This document shows, piece by piece, positions 49,308 to 58,603 of a DNA stretch of 64,000 nucleotides. Numbering within the stretch: position 1 is the first letter of the stretch; every line of letters begins with the position of its first letter. The stretch is from an uncultured virus (IMG/VR IMGVR_UViG_3300036715_000865) (lineage: Duplodnaviria > Heunggongvirae > Uroviricota > Caudoviricetes), in IMG/VR virus record IMGVR_UViG_3300036715_000865. One strand, given 5' to 3'. The notes under the pieces were generated by a model. The model did no database searches. It was not told the origin of the DNA and saw only the letters and a program-made list of their open reading frames with translations. Both the position numbers and the translations under genes were made by a program.

Positions 49308-49924
49308 TGCATTTTACATTATTCAAAATAGCAGAGCCAGAATTTAACAGGAAAAGGGTTAATGGCTACATCCTTAAAATACAAAAGAGTGGTAATGAAA
49401 GATTAGTCTCAGATTTAAAGTTTGAGTTGTTTAAAATGATGAAGAAAATAGTCATTAAGAACGTAACTAACTATCAGATGCTCTTTAGAAATTCTAGTGT
49501 AAATCACGAGTGTCTTGAAAAGGATGAGATAGAAACTGAATGCTATATAGTTTTAGACAAATGTGTTTCAAATTACAAAGTTCATGCTAAGAGTTGCTTT
49601 TACTTTTACTACAATAAATCTTTAACTAGAAGCCTGTTCAGGATGTTTCAGAAAGAGGTTAGAACTAGTGAGAAATTTCAGGACTTTCACAAGCATGAGA
49701 TTCATAGACCAGCTATTCAAAACTCTAGCCAATATGACATTGATTTCCTTATAACATTTCTTGATTTAGATAAAGTAGATACCTTAGTATTGAAGTCAAA
49801 GTTATTAAACGAAAAGAAGGATGAATTCTTAAATAGAAAGAGCAGAGTGACTTCTTCACAATACCAAAATTCTATTAAGAAAATTAAGAAACAAATTGTA
49901 ATATTCAGCGAAGATGAAGAATAA
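49307..49924 (+). CDS. second sigma-like factor
   Basis: Region-2-like LF.....IV...DEI.TECYIVLDKCV.NY....CFYFY..KSL.R.L. Confidence 0.55.
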   Translation: MHFTLFKIAEPEFNRKRVNGYILKIQKSGNERLVSDLKFELFKMMKKIVIKNVTNYQMLFRNSSVNHECLEKDEIETECYIVLDKCVSNYKVHAKSCFYFYYNKSLTRSLFRMFQKEVRTSEKFQDFHKHEIHRPAIQNSSQYDIDFLITFLDLDKVDTLVLKSKLLNEKKDEFLNRKSRVTSSQYQNSIKKIKKQIVIFSEDEE

Positions 49925-50240
49925 TAAAATGTATGCAGAACTTGTGAATGAGGTTACTGCACTAACAGATGCAGGACACGATTTACTGGAGGTTCAGATA
50001 GGAGATAATGTCGATTTCTTTCTTGTTACTTCATTCGAGCCACCTGTTGGAGGAACTGTCCATACAGCACCTTATTTGCAATTTGAGGGAGTTCTTATAA
50101 ATGATTTCCTTTGTAGTTCTATTTTCAATCAAGGCAATATTGCAGGATTTAATTCTGTTTTTAATGGCAAATTTGCATCAAAGCCTAAGACGAAATTCAA
50201 ATTTAGTGAGAGACATCTTTGGAGATTCTATACTAATTAA
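49914..50240 (+). CDS. hypothetical protein
   Basis: 108-aa ORF with overlapping start. Confidence 0.6.
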   Translation: MKNNKMYAELVNEVTALTDAGHDLLEVQIGDNVDFFLVTSFEPPVGGTVHTAPYLQFEGVLINDFLCSSIFNQGNIAGFNSVFNGKFASKPKTKFKFSERHLWRFYTN

Positions 50241-50242
50241 AC

Positions 50243-51730
50243 ATGGAAGATTCTAAATATCAAAAAAGGATTTATAAGGAGATTGTAGATTCTAATACAA
50301 ATATTATCATCGGTGCTGTCGCTGGGTCAGGGAAAACAACAACTCTGATAGGATGTCTGAATCTAGTTCCTAAAGGCAAAGATATTGCATTTTTAGCTTT
50401 CAACAATGCTATCGTTGAGGAGTTGAAATCTAGGATAAAGAGAAGAGATGTAGTGGTAACAACTATGCATTCATTCTGTTGGCGGTCTGTAATGAAAAGC
50501 AAAGGATATAAGTCTGAATTGAAGCCCAACAAATCTTTAGACCATATAAAGAAAGTGTTAATAAAAAACAAGGTTGATATAAAGAGAACAGCATATTATC
50601 AATATATATTGTCTAATATAGTAGATTTAATGAGGATGACCCTTACATTTGACAAAGAAGAGGTTATACAACTCGCATTTCATCACGATATAAATATTTC
50701 TGAAGAAGAGGCAGATATGGCTGTTGAAGTTCTCAAGTTGATGGATAAGGATGATAAAGTATTCGATTTCACCGACATGATTTACCGTGTTGTTTCAGAA
50801 GATTTAAGGGTTGCTAAATTTGATTACGTTTTTGTTGATGAGAGTCAAGACCTTTCCAGATGCCAACAAAACATAATAACTAAGATTTTAAAGAAAGATG
50901 GAAGGCTAATTGCTGTTGGAGACCCAAGTCAAGCTATATATGGATTTGCTGGAGCAGACATAGATAGTTACACACGTCTTAAAACTTTATTCGATAATAC
51001 GATAGAATTGCCTCTGTCAGTCAATTACAGATGTGGGACTAGAATAGTTGAAAGGGCAAGGAAAATAAATCCTCAAATTGAGCCTTTCAAAGAAAATAAG
51101 AGTGGGATTGTTAGAGATGGATTCATAGACGAAATACGAAGTGGAGATTGGGTTCTGTGTAGGAATTTGAAGCCGTTAATACTTGCTAATTTGTATTTTT
51201 TATCCATTGGCGTAAAATCTTTTGTCAAAGGTAAAGACATCGGTGTCGGTCTGATATCACTTGTAAATAAAATAGGATGCGAAACAACTAAAAGTATGTT
51301 AGTTAAATATAAGCAGACCATACAAAAAGAGCGTATGAAGTTGATTAAATTAGGAATGAGAAATCCAGACAATTCTGAGAAGATAGATGGCATGAATCAA
51401 AAGTTTGATATACTATCGGTTTTATCAGAAGGCTTGTCTTACACAAAGAATTTAAAGGAAAACATAAAGCAAATATTTAAAGAACAAGGGGAGGGTATAT
51501 GTCTATCTACAATACATAAATCTAAAGGATTAGAAAACGACAATGTATTTATTCTCTGTCCAGAGTTAATTCCTAATAGATTCGCAGTTCAAGACTGGCA
51601 ATTAAAACAGGAAGATAATTTGCTATACGTAGCAATTACTAGAGCAAAAAAGAAATTGATATTCCTGTCAGACTACGAAGAAATTATTGAGAACCAAAAG
51701 AAGATGTTGCAAAATAGAAAAGAATTATGA
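50243..51730 (+). CDS. uvrD: UvrD/Rep family SF1 helicase
   Basis: AVAGSGKTT, VDESQD, VGDPSQAIYGF, NYRC, STIHKSKGLE and YVAITRAK motifs. Confidence 0.93.
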   Translation: MEDSKYQKRIYKEIVDSNTNIIIGAVAGSGKTTTLIGCLNLVPKGKDIAFLAFNNAIVEELKSRIKRRDVVVTTMHSFCWRSVMKSKGYKSELKPNKSLDHIKKVLIKNKVDIKRTAYYQYILSNIVDLMRMTLTFDKEEVIQLAFHHDINISEEEADMAVEVLKLMDKDDKVFDFTDMIYRVVSEDLRVAKFDYVFVDESQDLSRCQQNIITKILKKDGRLIAVGDPSQAIYGFAGADIDSYTRLKTLFDNTIELPLSVNYRCGTRIVERARKINPQIEPFKENKSGIVRDGFIDEIRSGDWVLCRNLKPLILANLYFLSIGVKSFVKGKDIGVGLISLVNKIGCETTKSMLVKYKQTIQKERMKLIKLGMRNPDNSEKIDGMNQKFDILSVLSEGLSYTKNLKENIKQIFKEQGEGICLSTIHKSKGLENDNVFILCPELIPNRFAVQDWQLKQEDNLLYVAITRAKKKLIFLSDYEEIIENQKKMLQNRKEL

Positions 51731-51993
51731 AAAATTTCGAACAGATTGATTTAGAAATAGAGACACAATTGCTTTCTCTGAGAAGCAAAGGAATTGAACC
51801 TATGGTTTTGGTGATGGGTGATTTGTCATACACTACGTTAAAATTAAGTTGTCAAGAAATGCAAGTTTGGGTTACTAACTCAGGATTTGTATTAAAAAAA
51901 TACAAAGGTCTCAGGGTGATTCAAGACCCAGAGTTTGGTGGTCCAGGAATATATCGAAAAGAAAATGAATCTGTTGAAGTATTGGGTAAATGA
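51727..51993 (+). CDS. hypothetical protein
   Basis: 88-aa ORF with ATGA overlaps at both ends. Confidence 0.65.
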   Translation: MKNFEQIDLEIETQLLSLRSKGIEPMVLVMGDLSYTTLKLSCQEMQVWVTNSGFVLKKYKGLRVIQDPEFGGPGIYRKENESVEVLGK

Positions 51994-52448
51994 TACATAT
52001 TTGGACAGATGGTTCTTGTAATAACAATAAGAAGCACGAAAATTCAGGAATAGGTGGGTGGGCGTTCTTAGTAATAAAAGATGGAGAAACTATCTTTGAA
52101 GATTTAGGTTATACAGAAGAAACAACATCTACAAGGATGGAGATGGAAGCTGTAATTCAATCCTTAAAATATGCATACCAGAATCATTTGACAGATAAGA
52201 TAGACCTACACTCAGACAGTGCTTATGTTGTGAATTGCTTTCTTGAAAAGTGGTACATAAGATGGATTGAGATGGATTGGTATGATATCAAGAATAGAGA
52301 TAAATGGGAAGAGATGCTTCACTATACAAAGTTACTTAAAATTAAATTCGTCAAAGTAAAGGGTCACGCTGGAATTGAAAGTAATGAAAGAGTAGATTTC
52401 CTCGCTGGAGAGGCAAGAAAATATTTGATATGTCAATTGAAAAAATAG
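51990..52448 (+). CDS. rnhA: ribonuclease HI
   Basis: WTDGS, RMEMEA, SDSAYV, KNRDKW and VKGHAG...NERVD motifs. Confidence 0.93.
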   Translation: MIHIWTDGSCNNNKKHENSGIGGWAFLVIKDGETIFEDLGYTEETTSTRMEMEAVIQSLKYAYQNHLTDKIDLHSDSAYVVNCFLEKWYIRWIEMDWYDIKNRDKWEEMLHYTKLLKIKFVKVKGHAGIESNERVDFLAGEARKYLICQLKK

Positions 52449-52645
52449 TATTTACATTTGCCGATAAGTTTCCACAATATGATTGGGACTTAGAAGAAAC
52501 AACTATTAACAATGGCATGTATTTAATATTAGTAAATGATTACGAGTTTTACAGGAGTAAGGAATTTAAAAAGTGGAAGATGATTGCAAATAAGAAATAT
52601 CCTAAAGTGAGATGGTTTTGCGCTTTTAAAAAATTTAAACATTAA
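52430..52645 (+). CDS. hypothetical protein
   Basis: 71-aa ORF filling the gap to rmlC. Confidence 0.55.
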   Translation: MSIEKIVFTFADKFPQYDWDLEETTINNGMYLILVNDYEFYRSKEFKKWKMIANKKYPKVRWFCAFKKFKH

Positions 52646-52647
52646 TT

Positions 52648-53187
52648 ATGGAATCAATAGAATTAGCAGAAGGATTATTTGTTTTGAAGCCTGATTTGTT
52701 TAAGGATGACAGAGGATTATTTAGCGTAATTTTTTACAAAAAGGAATTTAATTTCGACATGGTTCAGTTGAATCAATCTGTGTCTCATAAGGGTGTTTTA
52801 AGAGGTTTGCACTTCCAAGAGAAACCATTCGAACAAGCTAAAATAGTTTGGTGTTCAAAGGGTTCAATATTAGATGTAGTTTTAGATATGAGACCAGATT
52901 CAGAGACATTCGGACATCATTTTAAGGTGAAATTAGATGATGTTGAAAGAAGAACATTACTTATACCTAAAGGCTTTGCTCACGGATTTTTATGTTTGGA
53001 AGATAATACTGTTGTTAATTATGCAGTAGATTGTCAATATGAACCAGAACATCAATTTTGTATATTTGCTTATGATAGAGATTTGAATATAGATTGGGGT
53101 GAGAAAGCAACCAATGTAAATATGAGTCTGAGAGATATATTGGGTGAAAGTTTTAATAATTACAAATACAACAATAATGAACAGTAA
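52648..53187 (+). CDS. rmlC: dTDP-4-dehydrorhamnose 3,5-epimerase
   Basis: DDRGLF, Q.N.S.S.KGVLRGLHFQ, QAK, DVVLD.R..S.TFG and IPKGFAHGF motifs. Confidence 0.93.
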   Translation: MESIELAEGLFVLKPDLFKDDRGLFSVIFYKKEFNFDMVQLNQSVSHKGVLRGLHFQEKPFEQAKIVWCSKGSILDVVLDMRPDSETFGHHFKVKLDDVERRTLLIPKGFAHGFLCLEDNTVVNYAVDCQYEPEHQFCIFAYDRDLNIDWGEKATNVNMSLRDILGESFNNYKYNNNEQ

Positions 53188-53249
53188 AATTATTATCATC
53201 GTAAGTGACCCTGGAGATGAAGTTGAATCAATTACAATAGATTTATAGA

Positions 53250-53552
53250 ATGAATGATAAGCTATTTAAACATTTGAATTTCCCAAGAAGTGTAAAAATT
53301 TCTATTGAGGATTCTGAGGTTGATTTCTTTAATGACGTCAGATGTAGAACTTACAACATGTTAAAAGAACAAATGTCTACATTTGGATTAACTATTTGTA
53401 GAGTTCATAAGCTAGAGCACCAAAATCATCCTGAGAAGCTGATTCAATTTATAGACAAAAAGGAAAAGAAGATTGTATTGGAAGTTAGAGTTTCAGACGA
53501 ATGTGAATGTATCATAACTTACAAATACGAAGATTATGAAGGAGAAATCTAA
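53250..53552 (+). CDS. hypothetical protein
   Basis: 100-aa ORF. Confidence 0.6.
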   Translation: MNDKLFKHLNFPRSVKISIEDSEVDFFNDVRCRTYNMLKEQMSTFGLTICRVHKLEHQNHPEKLIQFIDKKEKKIVLEVRVSDECECIITYKYEDYEGEI

Positions 53553-53694
53553 TGAAAATCCTTGTAAAGGTTCTAAGTATCATGATTTTGCAAAATCAGG
53601 AATCAGAATAGAAGCTGGAATAATAATCAAGAAATGTTTTAATTGCGGGTTGACATCTAAGAGCAAAGTTAGTATCGAAAAATCAAACAGATGA
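53536..53694 (+). CDS. small putative zinc-binding protein (not in ORF track)
   Basis: 52 aa, MKEKSNENPCKGSKYHDF...KCFNCG; fills the gap and overlaps the next start. Confidence 0.5.
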   Translation: MKEKSNENPCKGSKYHDFAKSGIRIEAGIIIKKCFNCGLTSKSKVSIEKSNR

Positions 53695-53918
53695 GTACAC
53701 AAGTTTATAGATTAGAAATAGGAGAACAGTTAGATTTACAATCAAACACTCTGAAGCCTAAAATGGCTATGATAATCAGCGAAGAACAATACCGATTAAT
53801 AACGACATTTGCTGATATGGAAAAGGATGAAAATCTAGACACAACATTTATAATAAACAAGTGCCGATTTAAAATATATCCTGTAATCGAAATTATCAAA
53901 CCTACCACTCAAGCATGA
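53691..53918 (+). CDS. hypothetical protein
   Basis: 75-aa ORF with ATGA overlaps. Confidence 0.6.
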   Translation: MSTQVYRLEIGEQLDLQSNTLKPKMAMIISEEQYRLITTFADMEKDENLDTTFIINKCRFKIYPVIEIIKPTTQA

Positions 53919-54778
53919 AAAGACAAGTAAAATACGATTTAATAAACAAGCTGTTAAATCAGCAAACAATCGTACAAAATTCTGATAAAGAAGTGGATTT
54001 CAGAAGGGCAGAAGTTACATCACAATTAGTTAAAATGATTCTTGAGGTTGAAAACGCACCTGAGACATTAGAATTAATCGGAGGCATGGATGAAGCAAAG
54101 GGTTCTGATTCGACTTCTGTAACTGTTTATGATTCTGAAACAAAAGAAATATTGTTTGTAAGTGATAGCAAAGAATCTAAGGAAGTTGAAGTAACTAAAG
54201 GGATGTTTGAGGAATTGAAAAACAAACCTAAAGGAAAGACCTTTAAAGAGAAAGTCATAGAAGCTATTAAGGAAGCAGGAAAAGCGTTATCATCAAAAGA
54301 GATTAGAGAAGCAATTAATTTTGAGGGAACTGACTCAAATCTTTCTGTTCGAATAAATAACATTCTTAGACATATAACAAAGTCGCCAAATAACTTTAAG
54401 ACCTTAAATGATAGAGGCAGATTTGTATATGGATTAAAGGAATTAGAAACACCTGAGCCTATTAAAGAGAACAAGGACAAAAAAGAGCCTAAGAAAAATG
54501 AATTGCATCTTAAACGTTCTGGGGCAAAAACAAACAGTACTCTTGTTTACCGAGTAGAAGCCAATGATTCAAACAGAAGACTTACAATTACAGTAGGTGA
54601 CGAAGTTAAGTTCAGGAATGTATTAGGTTCACAAGCTCAAGGTGTAATTGTGGCTATGAATATTCCAGGTCGTAACTCTTACAAAGGAGAGTATTGTACT
54701 GTAAAGACAGTAACAATAGAAGAGAATGGTTCTTTGTTCGATAGGAGATTAGACCAGATTATTAAAGTAATTAAGTAA
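53915..54778 (+). CDS. hypothetical protein with central winged-HTH-like domain
   Basis: TFKEKVIEAIKEAGKALSSKEIREAI...RGRFVYGL resembles a wHTH; SH3-like C-terminus. Confidence 0.55.
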   Translation: MKRQVKYDLINKLLNQQTIVQNSDKEVDFRRAEVTSQLVKMILEVENAPETLELIGGMDEAKGSDSTSVTVYDSETKEILFVSDSKESKEVEVTKGMFEELKNKPKGKTFKEKVIEAIKEAGKALSSKEIREAINFEGTDSNLSVRINNILRHITKSPNNFKTLNDRGRFVYGLKELETPEPIKENKDKKEPKKNELHLKRSGAKTNSTLVYRVEANDSNRRLTITVGDEVKFRNVLGSQAQGVIVAMNIPGRNSYKGEYCTVKTVTIEENGSLFDRRLDQIIKVIK

Positions 54779-54784
54779 AGTGCT

Positions 54785-54955
54785 ATGGAATGGAGTGAAA
54801 CTGAGGCTCGTGAGCTAATTCGTTTAAAATTAGAACAAGGATTCAAACCATTCGGATTCGGTAAAGGTTACGTTTGGGCAAGGACTTTGAAGAAAGCTAA
54901 AAAGAAGGCAAGAAAATTAGGATACATAAAAACAAAACAATATGGGGCTATTTAG
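54785..54955 (+). CDS. small basic protein (not in ORF track)
   Basis: 56 aa, MEWSETEARELIRLKLEQG...; fills the gap. Confidence 0.5.
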   Translation: MEWSETEARELIRLKLEQGFKPFGFGKGYVWARTLKKAKKKARKLGYIKTKQYGAI

Positions 54956-55160
54956 AAACAATTGGACACCTTACACGGATATTTTAGTATTCAATTACGG
55001 ATACTGTTCATATCTTCTTCAGGGCAAAAGAAATAGGATAACGAACAGAAAAAAGTTTAAGGTAACTAAATGCGGTGGAAGTCCTTTTAGTGATGCAAAA
55101 ACAGATTCTGTAACAGAAGAGAAGTTATTTGAAAAGCAACTTTTTATTCGACAAAGTTAA
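54942..55160 (+). CDS. hypothetical protein
   Basis: 72-aa ORF. Confidence 0.55.
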   Translation: MGLFRNNWTPYTDILVFNYGYCSYLLQGKRNRITNRKKFKVTKCGGSPFSDAKTDSVTEEKLFEKQLFIRQS

Positions 55161-55198
55161 TTTATATGTTATTTCTATTACTTTAATGTTTGTGGTTG

Positions 55199-55229
55199 AA
55201 ACACTCCTCTGGTAGGGGTGTTTCTTTTT
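55199..55229 (+). terminator. rho-independent terminator
   Basis: AACACTCCT-CTGGT-AGGGGTGTT stem followed by TCTTTTT. Confidence 0.8.
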
Positions 55230-55382
55230 AATACAACGTTACTAATAAAAGATAAAATGACGAGATTATCGAATAAACTCGCAGCAACATAGCAATGATT
55301 TCATAAGTATGCCTATGAAGAGTTCATAAGGAACAAGTATTATTAACAACAAGTCTCATTATGTTTGTGAAGTAATTAATTT

Positions 55383-56531
55383 ATGGAAAATAATATCCCA
55401 GAAGGTGTAGTAGATAAAGAAGCCTATCAAGAGTTTCTAAAATTGTCTGTCAATCCTATTTTAAATAATAAAAAGATTGTAATTTGTACGGATGGAACAG
55501 AAGTTAATTTAGCTGTATTTCCGCATATAATAACTAAGTTAGTCGAGCATCTGCCTGTCGAAGAACAGAACAGTATTTTGACAAAAAAGTCGATTTATTA
55601 CAAGCTTCAGAATAAACTAACTGCGGTAAAAAGGAAGGCATTTGGTAAGCCACAAGGAGGTGCGAACGTAAAAGGGAGTAGTGGACTGTTATCAGACAGA
55701 CGTACGGAACTTGTAGAATTATTCGGACGCATGTTCTCGATAGAAGAGACATTAAAGGTTGTCAACAAAGAGTGGGGCATACCTGTTTCTAAAGATACCG
55801 TAAAGAGATTCAGGACAGAGAACAGAGAAGAGATTGAGAAAAGAATCGACATCTTCAAGGCTTCATATGCTGATATCCGATTAGGAGTAAAACGCAGTAG
55901 GCTTGAGGAGTTGGTTTATCTTTACAGTCGACAAAAAGACAAATATATCGACACGAACGCACGTGAGGATTACAAGCTATTATTATCAACGCTTGACCAC
56001 ATCAGAAAAGAAGCAGAAGGAGACAGATTAACAATCAACGGCAAAGTAGATGTAAGTTACGAAGCGAATGTACATATGCATTTGCGTGAAGAGGTTTACA
56101 AATCTTTAAATCTAAAAGAAATAATTTTAGGTCGTGTAGCAGCCAGAATGGGTATTAGTCCAATAAAACTTATCTACTCATTAAATAACTCATTTTACAA
56201 TAAGTTTTCCAATGTATTAGGAACTTTTAATGAGGAAGAGGCATTAGCAACGGACTTAGTTTACCCAAGTCAGATGAATTACGACTTTGAAAGAATCAAG
56301 CGTGAGGCTCAGAAACGAGATGACGAAATTGAAGATGCTATTGTTCTTGAAGAGAATAATGACGACAAAGATATGTCGAGAGCCGAAAGAATCAAGCAGG
56401 AGATGTTGGACAAGATAGCCAGAAAGAAAGAAAAGTCTATGGGGATGAAAGCCAATATAAACAATAAAACAGCAGTAGAAGAAAAGGACAAAGTTAAGGA
56501 TATAAGTAAAAACAACCCCAAAAAGAAGTAG
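55383..56531 (+). CDS. putative terminase small subunit (DUF2280-like)
   Basis: HTH segment followed by F.....ADIRLG.KRSRLEEL..LY...L..IRKE, resembling DUF2280-type small terminases. Confidence 0.45.
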   Translation: MENNIPEGVVDKEAYQEFLKLSVNPILNNKKIVICTDGTEVNLAVFPHIITKLVEHLPVEEQNSILTKKSIYYKLQNKLTAVKRKAFGKPQGGANVKGSSGLLSDRRTELVELFGRMFSIEETLKVVNKEWGIPVSKDTVKRFRTENREEIEKRIDIFKASYADIRLGVKRSRLEELVYLYSRQKDKYIDTNAREDYKLLLSTLDHIRKEAEGDRLTINGKVDVSYEANVHMHLREEVYKSLNLKEIILGRVAARMGISPIKLIYSLNNSFYNKFSNVLGTFNEEEALATDLVYPSQMNYDFERIKREAQKRDDEIEDAIVLEENNDDKDMSRAERIKQEMLDKIARKKEKSMGMKANINNKTAVEEKDKVKDISKNNPKKK

Positions 56532-56532
56532 T

Positions 56533-56790
56533 ATGGACGTAAAAGAACAATTAGTAAAGGATATCAACACGATAATTGTTGACAAATTTCTTGTAGATAC
56601 AGAGCAGATTTCAGAAGATACGAAACTGAAACTTCAAGATGACTTAGGTTTGGATAGTCTTGACCGATTAGAATTATGTATGGAGATTGAGAAACATTAC
56701 GATATTGCAATCAATGATGACCATACAGAAGAATGGGGTAAGATGACAGTAATTCAGGTAGCAGAATCAATTATTCACTTAATACAATAA
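56533..56790 (+). CDS. acpP: acyl carrier protein
   Basis: Acidic 85 aa with DLGLDSLD phosphopantetheine motif, E.EK.YDI.I.D and TV. Confidence 0.9.
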   Translation: MDVKEQLVKDINTIIVDKFLVDTEQISEDTKLKLQDDLGLDSLDRLELCMEIEKHYDIAINDDHTEEWGKMTVIQVAESIIHLIQ

Positions 56791-56792
56791 GT

Positions 56793-57023
56793 ATGACGAC
56801 TTGGACGATAACATTCATATTATTTACGGTGTTGACTTTCTTAATTTGGATATTCTTGATGTACAAGCTCAAGCCGAGCAGACAGTATCATGACGAGACA
56901 AGATGGGAAGCTAACATAAGAGAAGGTGGATTCATTGCGCTTTGGTATTTTATTTTAATTGCATTTCTTGCATCAATCGGAGCAGCTAGGATTATATTGT
57001 GGTTCATGTTTTTAGAGAAGTAG
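56793..57023 (+). CDS. small membrane protein (two hydrophobic segments)
   Basis: Two long hydrophobic stretches. Confidence 0.65.
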   Translation: MTTWTITFILFTVLTFLIWIFLMYKLKPSRQYHDETRWEANIREGGFIALWYFILIAFLASIGAARIILWFMFLEK

Positions 57024-57024
57024 T

Positions 57025-57273
57025 ATGAACAAAACAAACGAAGATAACGACTTATTTTGGCTTTTTACAAAAACAACATCTCGTTGGGTTAAAATTAAAC
57101 ATTGGTTCAAGGATAAGTGGGCTTGGCTTTTAACATTTAACAAGAAACCAAGCGTTACAATAAGAGCAGACACAATGGAATATTCAGGTGAGGGAAGTAT
57201 GATCGAAGTACATGGAAGACTTGAGTTGATATTAACTGTTGAAAAAATTGTTAAAACTGATTGCAATGTCTGA
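57025..57273 (+). CDS. hypothetical protein
   Basis: 82-aa ORF in a tight operon. Confidence 0.55.
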   Translation: MNKTNEDNDLFWLFTKTTSRWVKIKHWFKDKWAWLLTFNKKPSVTIRADTMEYSGEGSMIEVHGRLELILTVEKIVKTDCNV

Positions 57274-57535
57274 AGAAAGTCAAATAGTTCTTTACAAGAA
57301 AGAAGAGATTGCTGAGTTAAAGCAATTTCTAGCATACCTAGAATCAAACTGTCATCGTGAACTTGTAAAACTGTCCTTAAATTTTCAGCATAAACGTTTT
57401 GAAGACAATAAAGGATTTGCTACATTAAAAATGGAACATCGTTATGCTATGAGAGGTTTGAAGGCAAAAATTATGAATGCTGTCGAGCAAGAAATTAAAG
57501 AGTTACAAGAAATTATTGAGTTACATGATAGATAA
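57266..57535 (+). CDS. hypothetical protein
   Basis: Start moved to ATG 57266. Confidence 0.55.
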   Translation: MSEESQIVLYKKEEIAELKQFLAYLESNCHRELVKLSLNFQHKRFEDNKGFATLKMEHRYAMRGLKAKIMNAVEQEIKELQEIIELHDR

Positions 57536-57935
57536 AAAGAAATTCATTTACAAAGACCAAGTCACAACGTTATGTAACGTGATGATAAATGCTCAAGCCT
57601 TGTTCGATGATTTAGAAGATTTAGAGCAAGAAGGTTTGTTTAAGCAATACCTAAAAAGATTAACGAAAGATTTAATAGCTGAGTTAGAGAAATCACTAGG
57701 TCAGATTTATGGCGTAGGATTAAAGGACATAATGAAGGCTATCAAAGATGGTAAGTCTTCTGAAGAATTAAAAGAAATAAGACAAGCTCATAGAAACGCA
57801 AATATTGATATAAACTTGGTATATGAGACGGCAATCAATTCTAGGAAGGAATATGATAAGATGTCGTTTGAAGAGAAACTAATGCTGACTAACATATTGT
57901 CAGAGTTACGCAAAGAAACTAAAAAATCTAAATAG
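57525..57935 (+). CDS. hypothetical helical protein
   Basis: Start moved to ATG 57525. Confidence 0.6.
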   Translation: MIDKKKFIYKDQVTTLCNVMINAQALFDDLEDLEQEGLFKQYLKRLTKDLIAELEKSLGQIYGVGLKDIMKAIKDGKSSEELKEIRQAHRNANIDINLVYETAINSRKEYDKMSFEEKLMLTNILSELRKETKKSK

Positions 57936-57936
57936 C

Positions 57937-58590
57937 ATGACAGTTAGATTAAAAAGATTTAATCTGGAAATTGGAGAGGTTTATCAGATACAAGGAAAAT
58001 CTTATCATTTTGAGAAAGTAACAGAGAGAGGTTATAATTTCATTTCTCATGTCACAGGCAGGCAATTTTTCAAAAGACTGATTTATCCAATACATGAAAC
58101 AATGTGTTTTGTTCTTCCATTTAGTTATAATATATTCAAAATAGAATTTAAACCAAATAATACAAATAATATGAACAATTCACCGTATCAAAATTACATT
58201 GGAACAAAGTCCTTATTGGCTCATTCAGAAATGAAGGATGGAAAAGAAGGCTACAAATGTTTAGCTAATAACGGAGCAGAGTGGTGGCAAGACAAAGAAT
58301 CATTCGAGGAGACAAATAGACCTTCTAATGCATTAACATTTGGATTAGCAGTAGAAGCTATGAAGAAAGGACGTAAAGTTGCACGAGGAGGATGGAATGA
58401 GAAAGGGATGTGGCTCCGTCATGTTGAACCCTACAATGATATGCTTATCCATGACGAACAAGCAGACCGTGTATCTGAAGGCTCAACATTATTGCCTTGG
58501 ATAGGAATGAAAACAGCAGACAATAAATTCGTTCCTTGGCTAGCATCTCAGACAGACATTTTAGCTGAGGATTGGGTAATTGTAGAATAA
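57937..58590 (+). CDS. DUF2829 / Tad2-like anti-defence sponge domain protein
   Basis: LTFGLAVEAMKKGRKVARGGWNEKGMW...PWLASQTDILAEDW is the DUF2829 signature, preceded by a YIGTK...GY...FE domain. Possible internal start at 58171. Confidence 0.8.
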   Translation: MTVRLKRFNLEIGEVYQIQGKSYHFEKVTERGYNFISHVTGRQFFKRLIYPIHETMCFVLPFSYNIFKIEFKPNNTNNMNNSPYQNYIGTKSLLAHSEMKDGKEGYKCLANNGAEWWQDKESFEETNRPSNALTFGLAVEAMKKGRKVARGGWNEKGMWLRHVEPYNDMLIHDEQADRVSEGSTLLPWIGMKTADNKFVPWLASQTDILAEDWVIVE

Positions 58591-58603
58591 GAAATAAACA
58601 GGA

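Noticed and set aside
51727..51993. Resemblance to an isolated HK97 A-domain / DUF1884-like protein
   Set aside because: Only a vague pattern (GIEP..LVM...Y...YKGLRVI); not supportable without a profile search.
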